Below, piece after piece: positions 24,089 through 36,999 of a stretch of 64,000 bases of DNA. The DNA is taken from NCBI RefSeq assembly GCF_963921235.1, contig NC_086109.1, positions 36,334,001-36,398,000 of the forward strand, written 5' to 3'. Position numbers and translations under genes: made by a program. Under the pieces are notes generated by a model. It was given only the letters and a program-made list of their open reading frames with translations, made no database searches and had not been told where the DNA came from. Source of the DNA: Mobula hypostoma. Its lineage: Eukaryota. Numbering within the stretch: position 1 is the stretch's first letter; each line of letters starts with the position of its first letter.

Positions 24089-26461
24089 ACCTGTATCTAA
24101 TAATCCTTCTCGACTTCATTAGATACTTGAAACTTATGCTATTTGTTTCACTGATAATTCATCTTTCTCCAATTCTGTTTTCACTTTCGACCCGTATCTT
24201 CCTACTTGAACAGTTCCAAACCTTCATTCATTCTGATCTTCATGAGGCCTTTAACACTGCTCACAAATCTAGGAGAAGCATGTTTCCCATGGTCTTGGTA
24301 GGATACAAGAACAAATTTATAATTCTGAAACATCCTATGAAGCATGATATCTTGAGCCACCTTACTTCTCTTTCTGTGTTCATTTGATGTCCTGGCTTCA
24401 TGTAGAGAAAAGTCCAAAGCTGGGCAAACAAGTTTCAAATCACTTTAACTACTTGTTTCTGTTGACATATATTTTGCAGTGAAGCAGCAAGATTCATTCT
24501 ATAGTTATGGAGAATAATTGACTCATTAGTATCTATTGTCCTGCTAATCATTCTCTCCATCACTGAAACCTCTCTCGCCTTTATAATCCAACAACAAAGT
24601 ACCAAACGCATTCAAAATATAAAATATGGAAGTATTTCAATTTGACTCATTCATTTTGTTTCTCTGTCCATAGATGCTCCCGGACCTGTTCCATATTTCT
24701 AGCCTTTCATCATCACTACAAAGAGGAATAATAATTTTAATATACCTCATTTGTTCCAGATTTTTTCTGAATAGAGCATAACATGAAATGATTCTTATGG
24801 GAAAATAAAGCAACAATGATGTTTTAGTATGGTAACAACAAACCACAAAATGCTTCATTTAAAGGTGGAAAATACCATTTCCACTTGTTATGATGATGGA
24901 ATCAAATGCACAAACAAACAAGCTGTATAATTTGCTCCCAACATCCTGCATGCATTGAGCACTGGGGACCAGACAAAAGCTGACTTTTAAACCCCTCCGT
25001 TGTTCCAACATTGAATGTATTTAAAAAGTATCTGAATTTCTTACATGTTAACTTCAAGAGGAATTAGGCATTAATTTGGAATTGTATTTTCTATTTTGTC
25101 AGGATGTGACATAAAACTTTACAGTCAATTAATTAATTTTCAAACACAGTCAATATGGGGAAATGCAGCAGCCAAATTATTTACAATTAAGTCCAACTGA
25201 CAGTAAGGACACTGTTAATCTGACCATCTGACTTACTGACATTGGGAGAGGGCCAACCTTGATCTCCAAATAGTGTGATGTGATCAACAGTATGTTCTAA
25301 TAAAATTGCTGTCTGGATAAACACTAAATATAAAATATCCACCAGCTAGATTTTATTTTTTGAAAACAATATATGTCAGAGAAATGATAATTCAAATATC
25401 TGTTTGATAACAACCTGAAAATTACATATTTCATAATGAATATTGAAATTGCATAATCTAAATCCTGCAAACATTAGAGAAATGTAATGAAAATAGGAAA
25501 TATTGGAAATTCTCAGGAGATCAGGCAGCATCTGAGGGGAGTGAAGGAGAAATAATGTCTCAGATCATTGACTTTCCAGCAGAATTGAGGGAAGTCAGAA
25601 GTAAATTGATTTTAGGATACAGAGGATTGCAGAGGGAGATGACGAGAGGAAAGGTGGGATAATAAAGTAACTAAGAAGAACGAAGGTGATAATGGTCAAG
25701 TGAGGAAGCAGAATTTGGCCTTGAAGAGGAGTAAATCAGGAGAGCAGAATGTTTATTTTAAATTATCAGAAGGAAATACTGCGAATGCTAGTTTGTAAAT
25801 TGATTGGGTATGTATAGTAATTTTAATTCCAGTATCAGCAGAAATAATGGTTCATCTCATACAATTATAACAAAATACATCAGAAGTGTCCATATGTCAA
25901 GATTATGTCTGATTTAACATTTTATTAAAATTCAGATCTTCATTAAGCTCCACCCTTGAATGTCTTTCTATTAAGATAAATTGAAAGGTATTCAGCTGAT
26001 CATATTGCAGTTATATAACTCTCCCCACCAGATTTTCCCTGCAATCACCAATGCTCCTTGTCCAGGTCCTCCTGATAAAAAAAACACACTGAAATGCCTT
26101 TTCCTGCATGTATTTATAGCAAAAACTACTTCTTTTACTGCCTTGTAAAAGGTGGCCAGACATCAGACACAGCTAAGCATCAAAGGCGGAAACAGTAAGT
26201 GTTAAAGAATTTCTGTCCAGTCTAATTTAGAAACTAGTTTAGCACTGGAGGCGTCACTAGTCTTTATGTAAGGAATCAAAGAGGTTTTGTTCATTCCCAT
26301 AATCAATGAACAGAGTTTCATTACTTTGTTTCAGTTAACCATTTACTACTTAATAACTTTGTTTGGCAATTGACAATAACATACCAAGTAAGAGCAGGCA
26401 GAAGCACATAGCCCCTCAAGCCAACTTCATAAATATCATAGCTGATCTTTAATCTAGTATA

Positions 26462-26845
26462 CCATAAATGCTACCTGGGCAGGGCGAAAAGCATTATCCA
26501 GGATGCATTTCACCCTAATCATGGACTTTTTACTCTCCTCCCATCCGGTAGGCACTACAGGAGCTTCCGCTCTCGCACCAGCAGGCACAGGAAGAGCTTT
26601 TTCCCTGAGGCTGTGACGCTGCTGAACCTCACACCACAGCGCTAAGCAGTATTGCACCCATATTGTACTGTTTCAGTACTTCTATATTTGCGTGTTGTAG
26701 CACTTACTTTTTATTCACAGTTATTTTGTAAATAACACTCATTTTTGAATTTCTGGTTAGATGCTAACTGCATTTCATTGGCTTTGTATCTGTATTCGGT
26801 ACGATGACAATAAATTTGAATCTAATCTTATCTAATCTAATCTAA
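26462..26845 (+). mobile_element. Rex1/Babar-type LINE 3' end
   Basis: RAKSIIQDAFHPNHGLFTLLPSGRHYRSFRSRTSRHRKSFFPEAV; (AATCT)n tail. Confidence 0.8.
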
Positions 26846-26857
26846 TATATATAAAAC

Positions 26858-27365
26858 CTACTGAAACTCAGTAGGTCAAGCAACATCAATGGAGGGAAAT
26901 GAAATGTGAATACTTTGGGTTGAGTCCTTTCATCTGGACTGAAAGATAGGGAGGAGACTGCCAGCAGAAAAAGGTGAGGGGAGGGGTAGAGGAAGAGCTA
27001 GCAAACAATAGGTGGATCCAGGTGAAGATGGATGGTAGACATATGGAGAAGGGAAGAGTGGAAGCAGCAAAAAAGTCTTGAGGTGACAGGTGGAGGCAAC
27101 TAAGAATTTCAGATGATGGAATCTGATGGGGAAAGATGGTGGAGCATTGAACCAAATAGGAGAGGAGGGGTGGGCCGATGAGAACAGTGGGGGGGAAGAG
27201 GGACCCAGTGGGAGGAATGTGTGGATGCGTGAATATAGGAGGAAGTGGATAGATCAAGAGGAGAGAGAAGAGAGAAATAGACAGAGGTTACCTGAAAATG
27301 GAAAATTTGGTGTTCAATCCATTGGGCTATGGATTCCCAAGTTAGAACATGGGGTGCTGTAGAGG
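26858..27365 (-). mobile_element. Penelope-like element 3' end
   Basis: GAAACTCAGTAGGTCAAGCAACATC motif, decayed hammerhead core, purine-rich tract; same family as 28500-28900 and 55205-55630. Confidence 0.7.
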
Positions 27366-27959
27366 AATTGCATGACTTAGCAGGCTGAAAGGTGCATAAG
27401 TCCCCAGGACTTGATAAGAAGAAACCCTGGCCGCTGTGGGAGGAAAAAGAAAATAGAAGATTGCTGAAAGGTAAAATGTCAGTGGATCAGTAAAATACCA
27501 GAAAACATTAAAGGAGACACTGGCTCAGTAAAACAGTTGCATGCCTCATCAAGTTGTAAACCAGAAATCACAGTCTGTTTTTCTGATAATTTAAGATTTT
27601 GTTATGTCTCCCTGATTTACTCCTCTCCCAGACAAGTTTTCGTTTCTTTACTTGATGTGCATCTTTCACCTTGTATCATCATTGTTTTTTTGTCATTTTA
27701 TCACCCCTCTCTATCTGAGGCCTCCCTTCACAGTCTCCTCCACTCCCAATCTGCCTTCTGTACTTCAAATCCAATAACTTCTTAGTTTTCCCATCTCTGA
27801 TATAGATCGAATGGTATGGAAATTATTGAAAAGAATTCTGATGAATAGGACTAATCCATACTTGGGGAAGCAGGGATCAATCAAAATATTGACTTTGGCT
27901 AGATTTTTAATTTATCTAGTTTTATCCACATGTGGCTGTATTTAGAAATAGTAAAGCCT

Positions 27960-28200
27960 TAGGACAAAGGCAACTTGACTACTTCAATGACTTTGTGGCT
28001 TGATGTTTTATTTTCTGTGTTTTTTGCTTGTTTTTTGCCATTTGTGCAATTTGTCTTTTTTTGCACATTGTGTGTTTGATATTTTCTTTGAACGTGTTCC
28101 ATGGTGTTTCTTTGTTTTGTGGCTGTCGGTGGGATAATGAATCTCAGGGTTGTATTCTGCATAAATACTTCAATAATAAATATACTTTCATTGAATCTTG
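27960..28200 (+). repeat. Unclassified repeat 3' end
   Basis: GAATCTCAGGGTTGTAT..AATAAA tail also seen at ~54280-54335. Confidence 0.45.
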
Positions 28201-28499
28201 GTAAATTGGAACCAAACCAGCGTGGTACTAGAAGGTAGGAGTCACGGTGGCAGGTTGTTTATATGATTGAAAGCCTCTGACTAGTGATGTATTACAGTAA
28301 TCAGTGCTTAGACCCTGCTTATTATAAACATTGATGACTGGATGAGAATGCAGGAGTTATGATTAATAGGTTTGAAGATAACCCAAAAATCGGTGGTAGC
28401 GTTTTGTTGCGAATAATGGGAGTAACACAGAGACTCGGAGGATAGCATTGATCAGATTGTAAGAAGGGCAAAGCAATGGCAGATAAAACTTAATCCAGA

Positions 28500-28889
28500 T
28501 TCCATTCTCTATTCTAGTTTCCCTCTTACACTTTTTTTCTTCTCCTCACCTGACATTACCTCCCCATGGTGCCCTTTCTCCTTCCTTTTTCCCCAATGTT
28601 CATTGCCCTCTCTTATCAAATTGCCTCTTCTTCAGTCCTTTACATCTTCCATCTACCACCTCCCAGCTTCTTACTTCATCTGTTCCCTTTCCCCCACCAT
28701 CCATCTTTCCCCTCACCTGGTTTCACCTATTACCTGCCAGCTTGTACTTACTCCCTCCTCCCACCCACCAACTTCATATTCTGACTTCTTCCCCTTTTCT
28801 TTCCTGTCCTTATTAAGGGTCTCGGGCCAAAACATTGAATGTTTATTCCTCTCCATAGATACAACCTGACCTGCTGTGTTCCTCCAGCA

Positions 28890-28900
<11 letters not shown>
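28500..28900 (+). mobile_element. Penelope-like element 3' end
   Basis: Pyrimidine-rich tract, GTCCTTATTAAGGGTCTCGGGCCAAAACATTG decayed hammerhead, CCTGACCTGCTGTGTTCCTCCAGCATTTG. Confidence 0.72.

Positions 28901-28939
<39 letters not shown>
28892..28939. repeat. (GT)n microsatellite
   Basis: Pure TG dinucleotide run expanded from the Penelope TTTGTGTGTG motif. Confidence 0.95.
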
Positions 28940-28942
<3 letters not shown>

Positions 28943-29597
28943 TAAATTGGAAATTTTGTGCTTTGGGACATCTAAAATAGATAGAAGGGCCATTAGGAGC
29001 ATTGAGGAAAAGGGAGACGAAGAATCTTTGAGGGTATTAGCACAGGTTGATAAGGTGTGACAAAGGTAGATGAGAAGCTTGCCTTCATTGGTAAATGAAA
29101 AGAACGTAAGAACGTCAAGGCTATTCTGCATAATTATAAAGTATTCATTCGGCCTCAATTAAAGTACTGTGCTCAAAGCTGTTCACAAACAATAGAGAAA
29201 GAATACAATTAATTTGAAGAGCACAAAGGAACTTAACAAGTGTGTTGCTTAGGATGGAATATTTCAATTATGAGGAAAGAGTGGGTTTATCTTCCATGGA
29301 GCTGTGGAGACTGAGGGGGACCAGTCCAGAAAAAATCACGACAGAACTGTTAAAAATAAAAATTTAGAAAGAAATTAAGGAAGATTTCCTGTTGTTCAGA
29401 GGGTGGTTAGAATCTGGAATGGACTACGTGAGGGCTGATGGTGGCAACAACATTCAGAACTATCTGGGTAGGCAGTTCCATTGCCAAGACACACAAGGCT
29501 CAGAAACAGAATTAGGTTTAATATCACCGGCATATGTCTGGAAATTTGCTTACTTTGTGGCAGCAGTACATTGTAATACATGATAATAAAAACTATA

Positions 29598-31080
29598 AAT
29601 TAGATTAGATTATTAGATTATGAGGACACGTAGTCCTCTTTTATTGTCATTTAATAATGCATGCATTAAGAAATGATACAATGTTTTTCCAGAATATCAC
29701 AGAAACACATGACAAACCAACTGAAAAAAAGACAAAAACACATAATGATAACATACAGTTACAACAGTGCAAAGCAATACCATAATTTGATAAAGAGCAG
29801 ACCATGGCACGGAAAAAAGTCTCTTGAAAGTCCCATCATCTCTTGCAGACAGTGACCCTCCAGCGCCGCAAACTTGCTGATGCAGCACCCTGGAAGCATC
29901 TGACCACAGTCCGACTCCGAGTCTGTCCGAAAACTCCGAGCCTCCGACTAGCTCTCCGACACCGAGCACTGAGCACCATCTCTGCCGAGCGCTTTGACCC
30001 CAGCCCCGGCAACAGGCAATAAGCAAAGCCGAGGATTTGGGGCCTTCCCCTCCGGAGATTCTCGATCACACAGTAGCAGCAGCAGCAAAGCAGGCATTTC
30101 AGAAGTTTCTCCAGTGTCACGTGATCGGCAAGAATGAACATATCGAGTCAGGATTTACAAACAAACAAGCATTTATTAAACCCTGATAAACAATGGAAAA
30201 AAAAACGAAAACCCTAACCGGAAGTAAATGGCTATGTGGCCATTCAGTAAACTGCTACTCAGTGCTAGTTCTTAAAGCGATAAATGCGAAACCAGTTCTT
30301 AAAGCAATAAATTCAAACACAGTTTCTTGAATGGTAAATTTTAAAGTCCAAGAGATTTATATAGTTAATTAGGAGACACTGTCACGAAGCAACGAATTCC
30401 TCGAAGACACAACATCCCTGCCACTCCCAGTCGAATCCTGCTTTGTCCACAGGATTCACGATGACGGAAATAAAACGATTTTAAAGGCACTGATCTTCCT
30501 CCTCTGTAGAATAGATCCTGCACAGCCTTTTCTACCACATTTAGCAGAGGCTATCTCATGCAGATCACTCTTTCTTGAACAAATTCAATAATGGTCGCTC
30601 CTCTCCAAACCCGTCAAACGTCTCCTTCAGGGGCCCGTCTTCACTCTCCAATGTTACTGAAAAGATACATTAACAAACCTGGCAGCGATTAATCAACCTG
30701 CCGGCTCAGACTTCTGTGCCTTACAATAGAACAGAAAACTCTGTTTAAAATCAAAACTGCGTCATAATGCAAATACACAGCAGAGCGGAGTATCTCACTG
30801 ACGTGCTATCTGGAAAACTAACTGTGTCACTAGGGGTCTTCCCTTTTATACCCGTGGTGAACATGTCATCATGTGACCTCACATCAGTGGGAAAATTACA
30901 TCAGGGGACCTCCAAAAGACCATTACATCATTCTCACAAGAAAGTCACAAGATCTCTATGAGGTATGTAACACCAGGTGTTCCTCTGTGCTTCTCACGGC
31001 TGCCTCCATCAAATCAGGATTGTGCACAGCCCCTAGTTACACATACGATATCATTTGGAACGCTGCATTGCGCTGCCAGC
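29598..31080 (-). repeat. Unclassified CpG-rich element with (AATCT)n tail, interrupted by a solo LTR
   Basis: TTAGATTAGATTATTAGATT tail with TTTATT on +; sequence continuity across CCAG|CCAG. Confidence 0.55.
30115..30972 (-). mobile_element. Solo LTR (858 bp)
   Basis: TGTCAC..GTAACA termini; perfect 4-bp TSD CCAG at 30111-30114 and 30973-30976; AATAAA on minus at ~30171. Confidence 0.85.
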
Positions 31081-31619
31081 TTCTCCTCCCTCCTCCCTTA
31101 TATACTACTTAATTACAATAAGTAGTATATAAAAAAAGAAAATTATATTAATTAAGTAGTGCCAAAAGAGAGGGAAAATATTACTGAGTTAATATTCATG
31201 GGCTCCGTATCCATTTAGAAACTTAATGGCAGACGGGAAGAAGCTGTTCCTGAATCCATGAGTGTGTGTCTTCAGGCTCCTGTACCTCCTCCTCGATAGC
31301 ACAATAAGAAAAGGCATACCCAAGGTGATAGGGGTCCTTAATGATGGTTGCTGCCCTTTGAAATGTCGCCTTTTGAAGGTGTCCTTGATGTTGTGGAGCA
31401 CAGTGTCCATGATGGACCTGCTTTCAGTGATTCATCACTCCTCCGCAGTCTATGTTACTTTGCAGCCTTCTCCAATATAATCAGGGAAATCAGTGAACTG
31501 AAAAGACATGTAGGTATTTACAAACTATTCTATTCAATCCTGAAAGTATTCAGCTCAGTGAAATGCATTATAAGTCAGTTGCTAATTTCATACTGAGCCA
31601 TAACTGCTACTTAGCAAAC

Positions 31620-32657
31620 TCTCTGCATATAAAAAATTTATAAATTAAATTAAATAAGTAGTGAAAAAGGGAGCAAAAATGATAAAATAGTGAGATTGAT
31701 AAAATAATATCGGTTCTGTTGCCTTTCAGTAATCTGATGGCAGAGGGGAAGAAGCTGTTCCTGAAATGTTGAGAGTGTGTCTTCTGACTCCTGTACCTCC
31801 TCCTTGATAGTAGCAAGAGAAGAGGGCATATCTTGAGTTATGAGGGTCCTTAATGGTGGATGCTGACTTTCTGAGGCATTACGTTTTGAAGGAGTCCTGG
31901 ATCCTGGGGAGGCTAGTGCCCATGATGGAGCTGGCTGAGTTTACAACTTTCTGCAGTTTTTTCCAAACCTGTGCAGTGGCCTCTCCATGCCAGAGGGTGG
32001 TGCAACTAGTTAGAATGCTCCCTACAGTATTTCTGTAGAAAATTGGGTGTGTCTTTTATACCAATTCTTCCACAACTCCTAATGAAATATGGTCATCATT
32101 GTACCTTCTTAGTAATGACATTAATATGTTCAGCCCAGGATAGATAGTCAGAGATGTTAAAACCCAGGAATTTGAAACTTTTCAACCTTTCCACTTCTGA
32201 TCCCTTGATGAGGACAGGTGAGCATTCCCTCAACTTCTCCTTCTGGAAATCCACAATCAATTCCTTGTTCTTACTGACGTTGAGTCCAAGGGTATTGTTA
32301 TGATACTACTCAACCAACTGATCTGTATGTCTCCTCATCACCATCTGAAATTCTGCAGTTCTTTTGTCTTTGGCACTTTTACATAGAGCTGTGCCTAGCT
32401 ACACATTAATGGGCATAGAGAGAGTAGAGCTGTTGGCTAAGCATTCATCCTTGAGGAATGCCAGTGTTGATTGTCAGCGAGGAAGCAATGCTATTTCTGT
32501 TCCATACAGAATGAGGTCTCCCAGTGAGGAAGTCAAGGATCTAGTTGCAGAGGGAGGGGCAGAGGCCCAGGTTTCGGTGCTGTTGATTAGAACTGTGGGT
32601 ATAATTGTGTTGAACATTGAGCTGTAGTCAATAACAGCAGCCTGATGTAGGTATTGT
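31620..32657 (-). mobile_element. Rex1/Babar-type LINE fragment
   Basis: RRRYRSQKTHSQHFRNSFFPSAIRLL; colinear with 4652-5800. Confidence 0.82.
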
Positions 32658-33907
32658 TAATGGATCAAGGGAGTTGTAGAAGAATGAAATGTAATTAGTA
32701 TCGTTCTGCCTGACCTAAAAATCATTTTGATGGATTTACTATTTTTTTAAGCAGATAATTTTCTCAAGTTCAGCATTTCTAGTTTTCCTTCCAGCAAACT
32801 TTGTATCAAGTGCCCCAAGAGTAAGTTTTTACCAGTCCGATACCAATATAACTTAAAGTCAGTAGAGTCGGTCTGTGAATCAAGTGGCTGTAACTAGGAA
32901 TAGTATATTGTAGATAGATATCTGATGATTGGCAAAGGCTAAAAATCTGCTTTTGTGCTGAATGCCTTTATTGTTTTACTCCACCTCTCCCATTGAGATA
33001 CCGTCATCTCAAGAACAAATTTAGTTAACATTTAATGCAGCCCCCTTCAAGTTCAAGTTCAAGTTTAATTCTCATTTAACCATACACATGAATACAGCCA
33101 AATGAAACAGCATTTATTCATGGCCAAGGAGAAAAACACAGTACCAACAATCATACATAGCACTCAGCACAAATAGCACAGATAGTTACAACCGCAGAAA
33201 ACATACAGTCAAGCCCAAGTCCCCAAGTGTCATGGCCTGTAAATTGATGGTGCATGGCATTTTGTTCTGGAGCAATGTTACTACAAGAATGAGCATACAG
33301 CAGTCCTCATCACACACTAGTGCAGCCACAGACAAACACAATCTGACTCGTCTCCCACCAAGCAGACATCAGAGAGTAGCACCGATGGAAGGGGCCAGCC
33401 CTCAACCCAGCACAGACTCCAGCTCTCTTCCACATCGCCTCTGGGTGGCTGCAGCATGAGGGCTTGGTCCATGACAGCTGAGGCCACACAGGTCCCCAGT
33501 CGTTGGTCTTGGCTATAAACCAGTGAACCGGACTTGCAGTACTCTACATTACCAATGTCCAGCAGGGTCTTGCAATCACAAGGAAAACATCCAAGACAGT
33601 TATTTGCACCGTTCAATGAAACACTTGTTCCATTTTTCTTTCAAGTTTAGGAATAGTTGTACAAGGGTAAGTGATATGGCCAGTGTACTGTGCCAACGGT
33701 GCTCTATTGACTGCTGACTTTAAGTTATATTGCGAAAAACATACTCTGGGGCACACAATACAAAGTTTGCTGGAAGGAAAGCCAAAAATGCTAAACTTAA
33801 GAAAAGTATCTGCTTGAAAAAAATAACAAATCCATCAAAATGATTTTTAAGTCAGGTAGAACAATACTAATTACATTTCATGCTTCTACAAATCCCTTGA
33901 TCCATTA
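32658..33907. mobile_element. Non-coding element with ~200-bp terminal inverted repeats, probable non-autonomous DNA transposon
   Basis: 32658-32862 is the imperfect reverse complement of 33712-33907; both outer ends carry TA. Confidence 0.75.
33047..33625 (-). repeat. Unclassified repeat with (GAACTT)n tail nested in the TIR element
   Basis: TTCAAGTTCAAGTTCAAGTTTAATT on +. Confidence 0.5.
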
Positions 33908-34599
33908 GAATTAGAATTAGATCTATGATGTATTTTCTGACTACATGGAGTAATGCATGTTCATTTTTTCCAAAGGAAACAATAAAATGGATGTGTTCAG
34001 CAATGTTCTTTCAATATCATTAAAGAAACGAGATCTAAGCAGAAATTGTTCAAATAAATGGATAAACCTTGTCAAGTTACTTTACAACAATCAACAGCCA
34101 TTATGTGTTACCAACAGACAGTGAGTGAGACAAATAGTCTTGCATAACAAAGGAAAAATTTGTAATGTAGAAACATTGGCACCGCAAATTACCTGACTGC
34201 CCAAGCAGAAAAATGAACTTCAGAATAAATTAGCTTCTGTGGATCATTAAGGCATTGATGGCTGCATTACATATGGCTGGATATTGCTTTACATTATTGA
34301 AATGTATAAAAAACTGTTCACATTTAGAGCTATACAGTTATCCTTGAAATATCATGGACATACCTAATTGCTTATTTTCTTGGGGAATGTTGATAGTTTC
34401 AGAACTTAAGGTTTCATTTTAATTCTTACCACAAATTAATGCCTACTTTCTTTCTGAACAATCATGTTGGTAAATTGAAGCTGCTATTATGTGGAACTAG
34501 TCAACTTTTAAGTAAGTATTCAAGCAAAATATTGCAGATGTTTGAAATCTGAAATGAATTTATAGAGTAGGACATAATCAATAGAGTATACAGTATAAA

Positions 34600-34849
34600 G
34601 CCGGCTGGTGGCACAGTGACATCAGCGCCGGACTCCGGAGCGAAGGTTCCCGAGTTCAAACTCAGTCGGGCCGCTCCCAGGGATGCTTTCCATCCGTGCC
34701 AGGTTGAGTGTCGAGCTCACAACTTGGCCCGTAAAAAAAAATGCTCTGTGAGAAGCACGTGGGGGGCCACTCACAGAATCTTTCCTCCAAGACAACCACT
34801 TGAAAAATGGTCGCCGAGGCTCTGGCAGAGTATGGCACACACAAAAAAA
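34600..34849 (+). mobile_element. Young tRNA-derived SINE, probably RTE-mobilised
   Basis: A-box TGGCACAGTGA, B-box GAGTTCAAACT, A-rich tail, 12-bp TSD ATACAGTATAAA at 34588-34599 and 34850-34861. Confidence 0.88.
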
Positions 34850-34964
34850 ATACAGTATAAATGGGGCGTAAAACACAATTGGAGTAATTAAGTACTTTTC
34901 AGGCTCAAAGGCAAACATCATGTATATTGTTTCTTCAATGATATTAATTACTTCTCTATTATAA

Positions 34965-36415
34965 AGCATGCAAAGCATCTGGCTTTATGAGTGGTCGTCC
35001 TGTCTAACCAACCTTCTACAGTTTTTGAGGAGGTTACCAGGAAAGGCAGTGAATATTGCTTACATGGACGTTGGCAAGGGATCTGACAAGGTCCCACAGA
35101 GGAAGTTGATCAAAAATATTCGGTGGCTTGACATTCAGGATGAGGTATTAAATTGGATTTGACATTGGCTTTGTGGGAGAAGCAAGAGAGTGGTAGTAGA
35201 TAGTTGCCTCTTTGACTGGAGGCCTGTGTCTAGTGATGTAAGGCAGAGATTGGTACTGAGTCCATTGATTTTTCTCATCTATTTCAACAATGTGAATGAT
35301 AATGTGGTAAAGTTGATGACACCAAGATTGCAGATGAGGTGGACAGCAGGGAACACTGTCAAAGCTTGCATTGGTATCTGGACCAGCTGGAAAAATGGGC
35401 TGAAAAATGTTAGATGGAATTTAATGCAGGCAAGAGGTTTTGCACTTTGGGAGGATAAAGCAGGGTAAGATTTACGCAGTGAACAGTAGGACACTGAGAA
35501 GTGTGGCAGAACAGAGGGGTATGGGGACAAAGATACATAATTTCTTAAAAGTGGCATCACAGATAGAGAGGGTCATATAGAGGGCTCTTAACACATTGGC
35601 TGACATAAATCGAAGTACTGAGTACAGAAATGGGATGTTATGTTGAAGATAATGTGATCATGAGGCCTAATTTGGAGTATTGTGTGCAGTTCTAATCACT
35701 TACCCATGGGGAAAATATCAACAAGATTGAAAGAATACAGGGAAAATTTACAAAGATATTGCCAGAACTGAAGGACCTGAGTTATAAAGAAAGGTTGAGT
35801 AGGCTTGGACTTTATTCCCTAGAACATATGAGAATGAGGGGTGATTTGGTAGAAATATACAAGGTATTGAGGGGTATAGATAGGGTAAATGCAAGCAGGC
35901 TTTTTTCACCGAGGTTGGATGATACTAAAACTAGAAGTACTGGGTTAAGGTGAAATGTTTAAGGGGAACATGAGAGGGAACTTCCTCACTCAGAGGGTGG
36001 TGAGAGTGTGGAACGAGCTGCTAGCAGAGGTGGTCGATGCAGGTTTGGTTTCAACATTTCAGAGAAGTTTGGATAACTACATTGATGAGAGATTTATGGA
36101 GGGCAGTTGCCCAGGTGCAGGTTGATGGAACTAAAAAAACAATAGTTCAGCATGGACTATTTTATTTATTTTATTAGTTTAGTGATACAATGAGTGATGC
36201 TGCTCACTCAGCTGCACCACTCTGCAACCCAGCCGTTTAACCCTAGCCTAATCTCAGGACAATTTACAATGACCAACTAACCTGCAAACTGGTTCATCTT
36301 TGGACTGTGGGAGGAAACAGAAACCCATGCACACACAGGGAGCACACATAGACTTTCTATATGGGCAAAAGGGCCTGTTTCTGTGCTGGAGTGCTGTTTA
36401 ACTCTATGACTCTAT
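34965..36415 (+). mobile_element. Degraded CR1 LINE (RT to 3' UTR) with a SINE inserted in the 3' UTR
   Basis: SCLTNLLQF, YMDVGKGSDKVP, WRPVSSDV, LSYKERLSRLGLYSLE..RGDLVEIYK; tail GGGCCTGTTTCTGTGCTG..CTCTATGACTCTAT. Confidence 0.85.
36160..36355 (-). mobile_element. V-SINE fragment
   Basis: CTTTGGACTGTGGGAGGAAAC is the reverse complement of the V-core; T-rich tail. Confidence 0.65.
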
Positions 36416-36999
36416 CTCACTGCATCAATATTCAATTTAAAATTGATGGCATACCACCAAAGTACATATTAGGACAGGTGCCTAAAAATTTGATCAATGT
36501 GATATGTTTATTAAGAACATCAGAAATATGATAGATACAGATGTGCAGAGAGAGTTCAAACTTTTGACAAAAACTACTTGAATTTATTTTGCCCATTTAA
36601 AGTCATTAACATTCAAAAGAAACAATGGGTAAGGAACCAGATTATAAGCAAAGCAGGGCAAAAGGAGCTAACTCAGAAATCAGGACCTAATCAGTTAGCA
36701 GATCTATCAATGAACCTATGAAGGCATTAGACAATGGGCTAGATGCTAGAGAATTATCAGAGCTGGGTAATGTTCTTCTGATTGGGTGAGATGAGGCCTC
36801 AGAGGAAAATGAACCTAACTACAAGCATTTTGAAGATACCTTAGTTAAATCGATACAAGAGATGATATAGACTAACAGGTATAAGAGTGTAAAATGCATA
36901 GGGCTGAGTGTGAAATAGGATGAAAGTTGAACAGCCCCAATGAAGCAATAACTTTATATTGTGGGAAATTCATACATCTGAAAAGTTCTACTGAACCAA

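Larger units (their letters stand above)
28230..29495 (+). mobile_element. Old CR1 fragment split by a Penelope-like insertion and a (GT)n tract
   Basis: Decayed GTGACTAGTG..TCAGTGCT, FEDNPKIGG, AAGTATTCATTCGGCCTCAATT..GTACTGTG, GAGACTGAGGGGG. Confidence 0.6.
29500..31420 (-). mobile_element. Rex1/Babar 3' end split by nested insertions (29598-31080)
   Basis: Tail CAGAAACAGAATTAGGTTTAATATCAC at 29500; RRRYRSLKTHTHGFRNSFFPSAIKFLNG at 31190-31410. Confidence 0.75.

Noticed and set aside
28748..29158. 136-aa ORF with HT repeats
   Set aside because: Artefact of the (GT)n microsatellite and flanking repeats
34600..34680. tRNA gene
   Set aside because: No full cloverleaf; it is the head of a SINE flanked by TSDs
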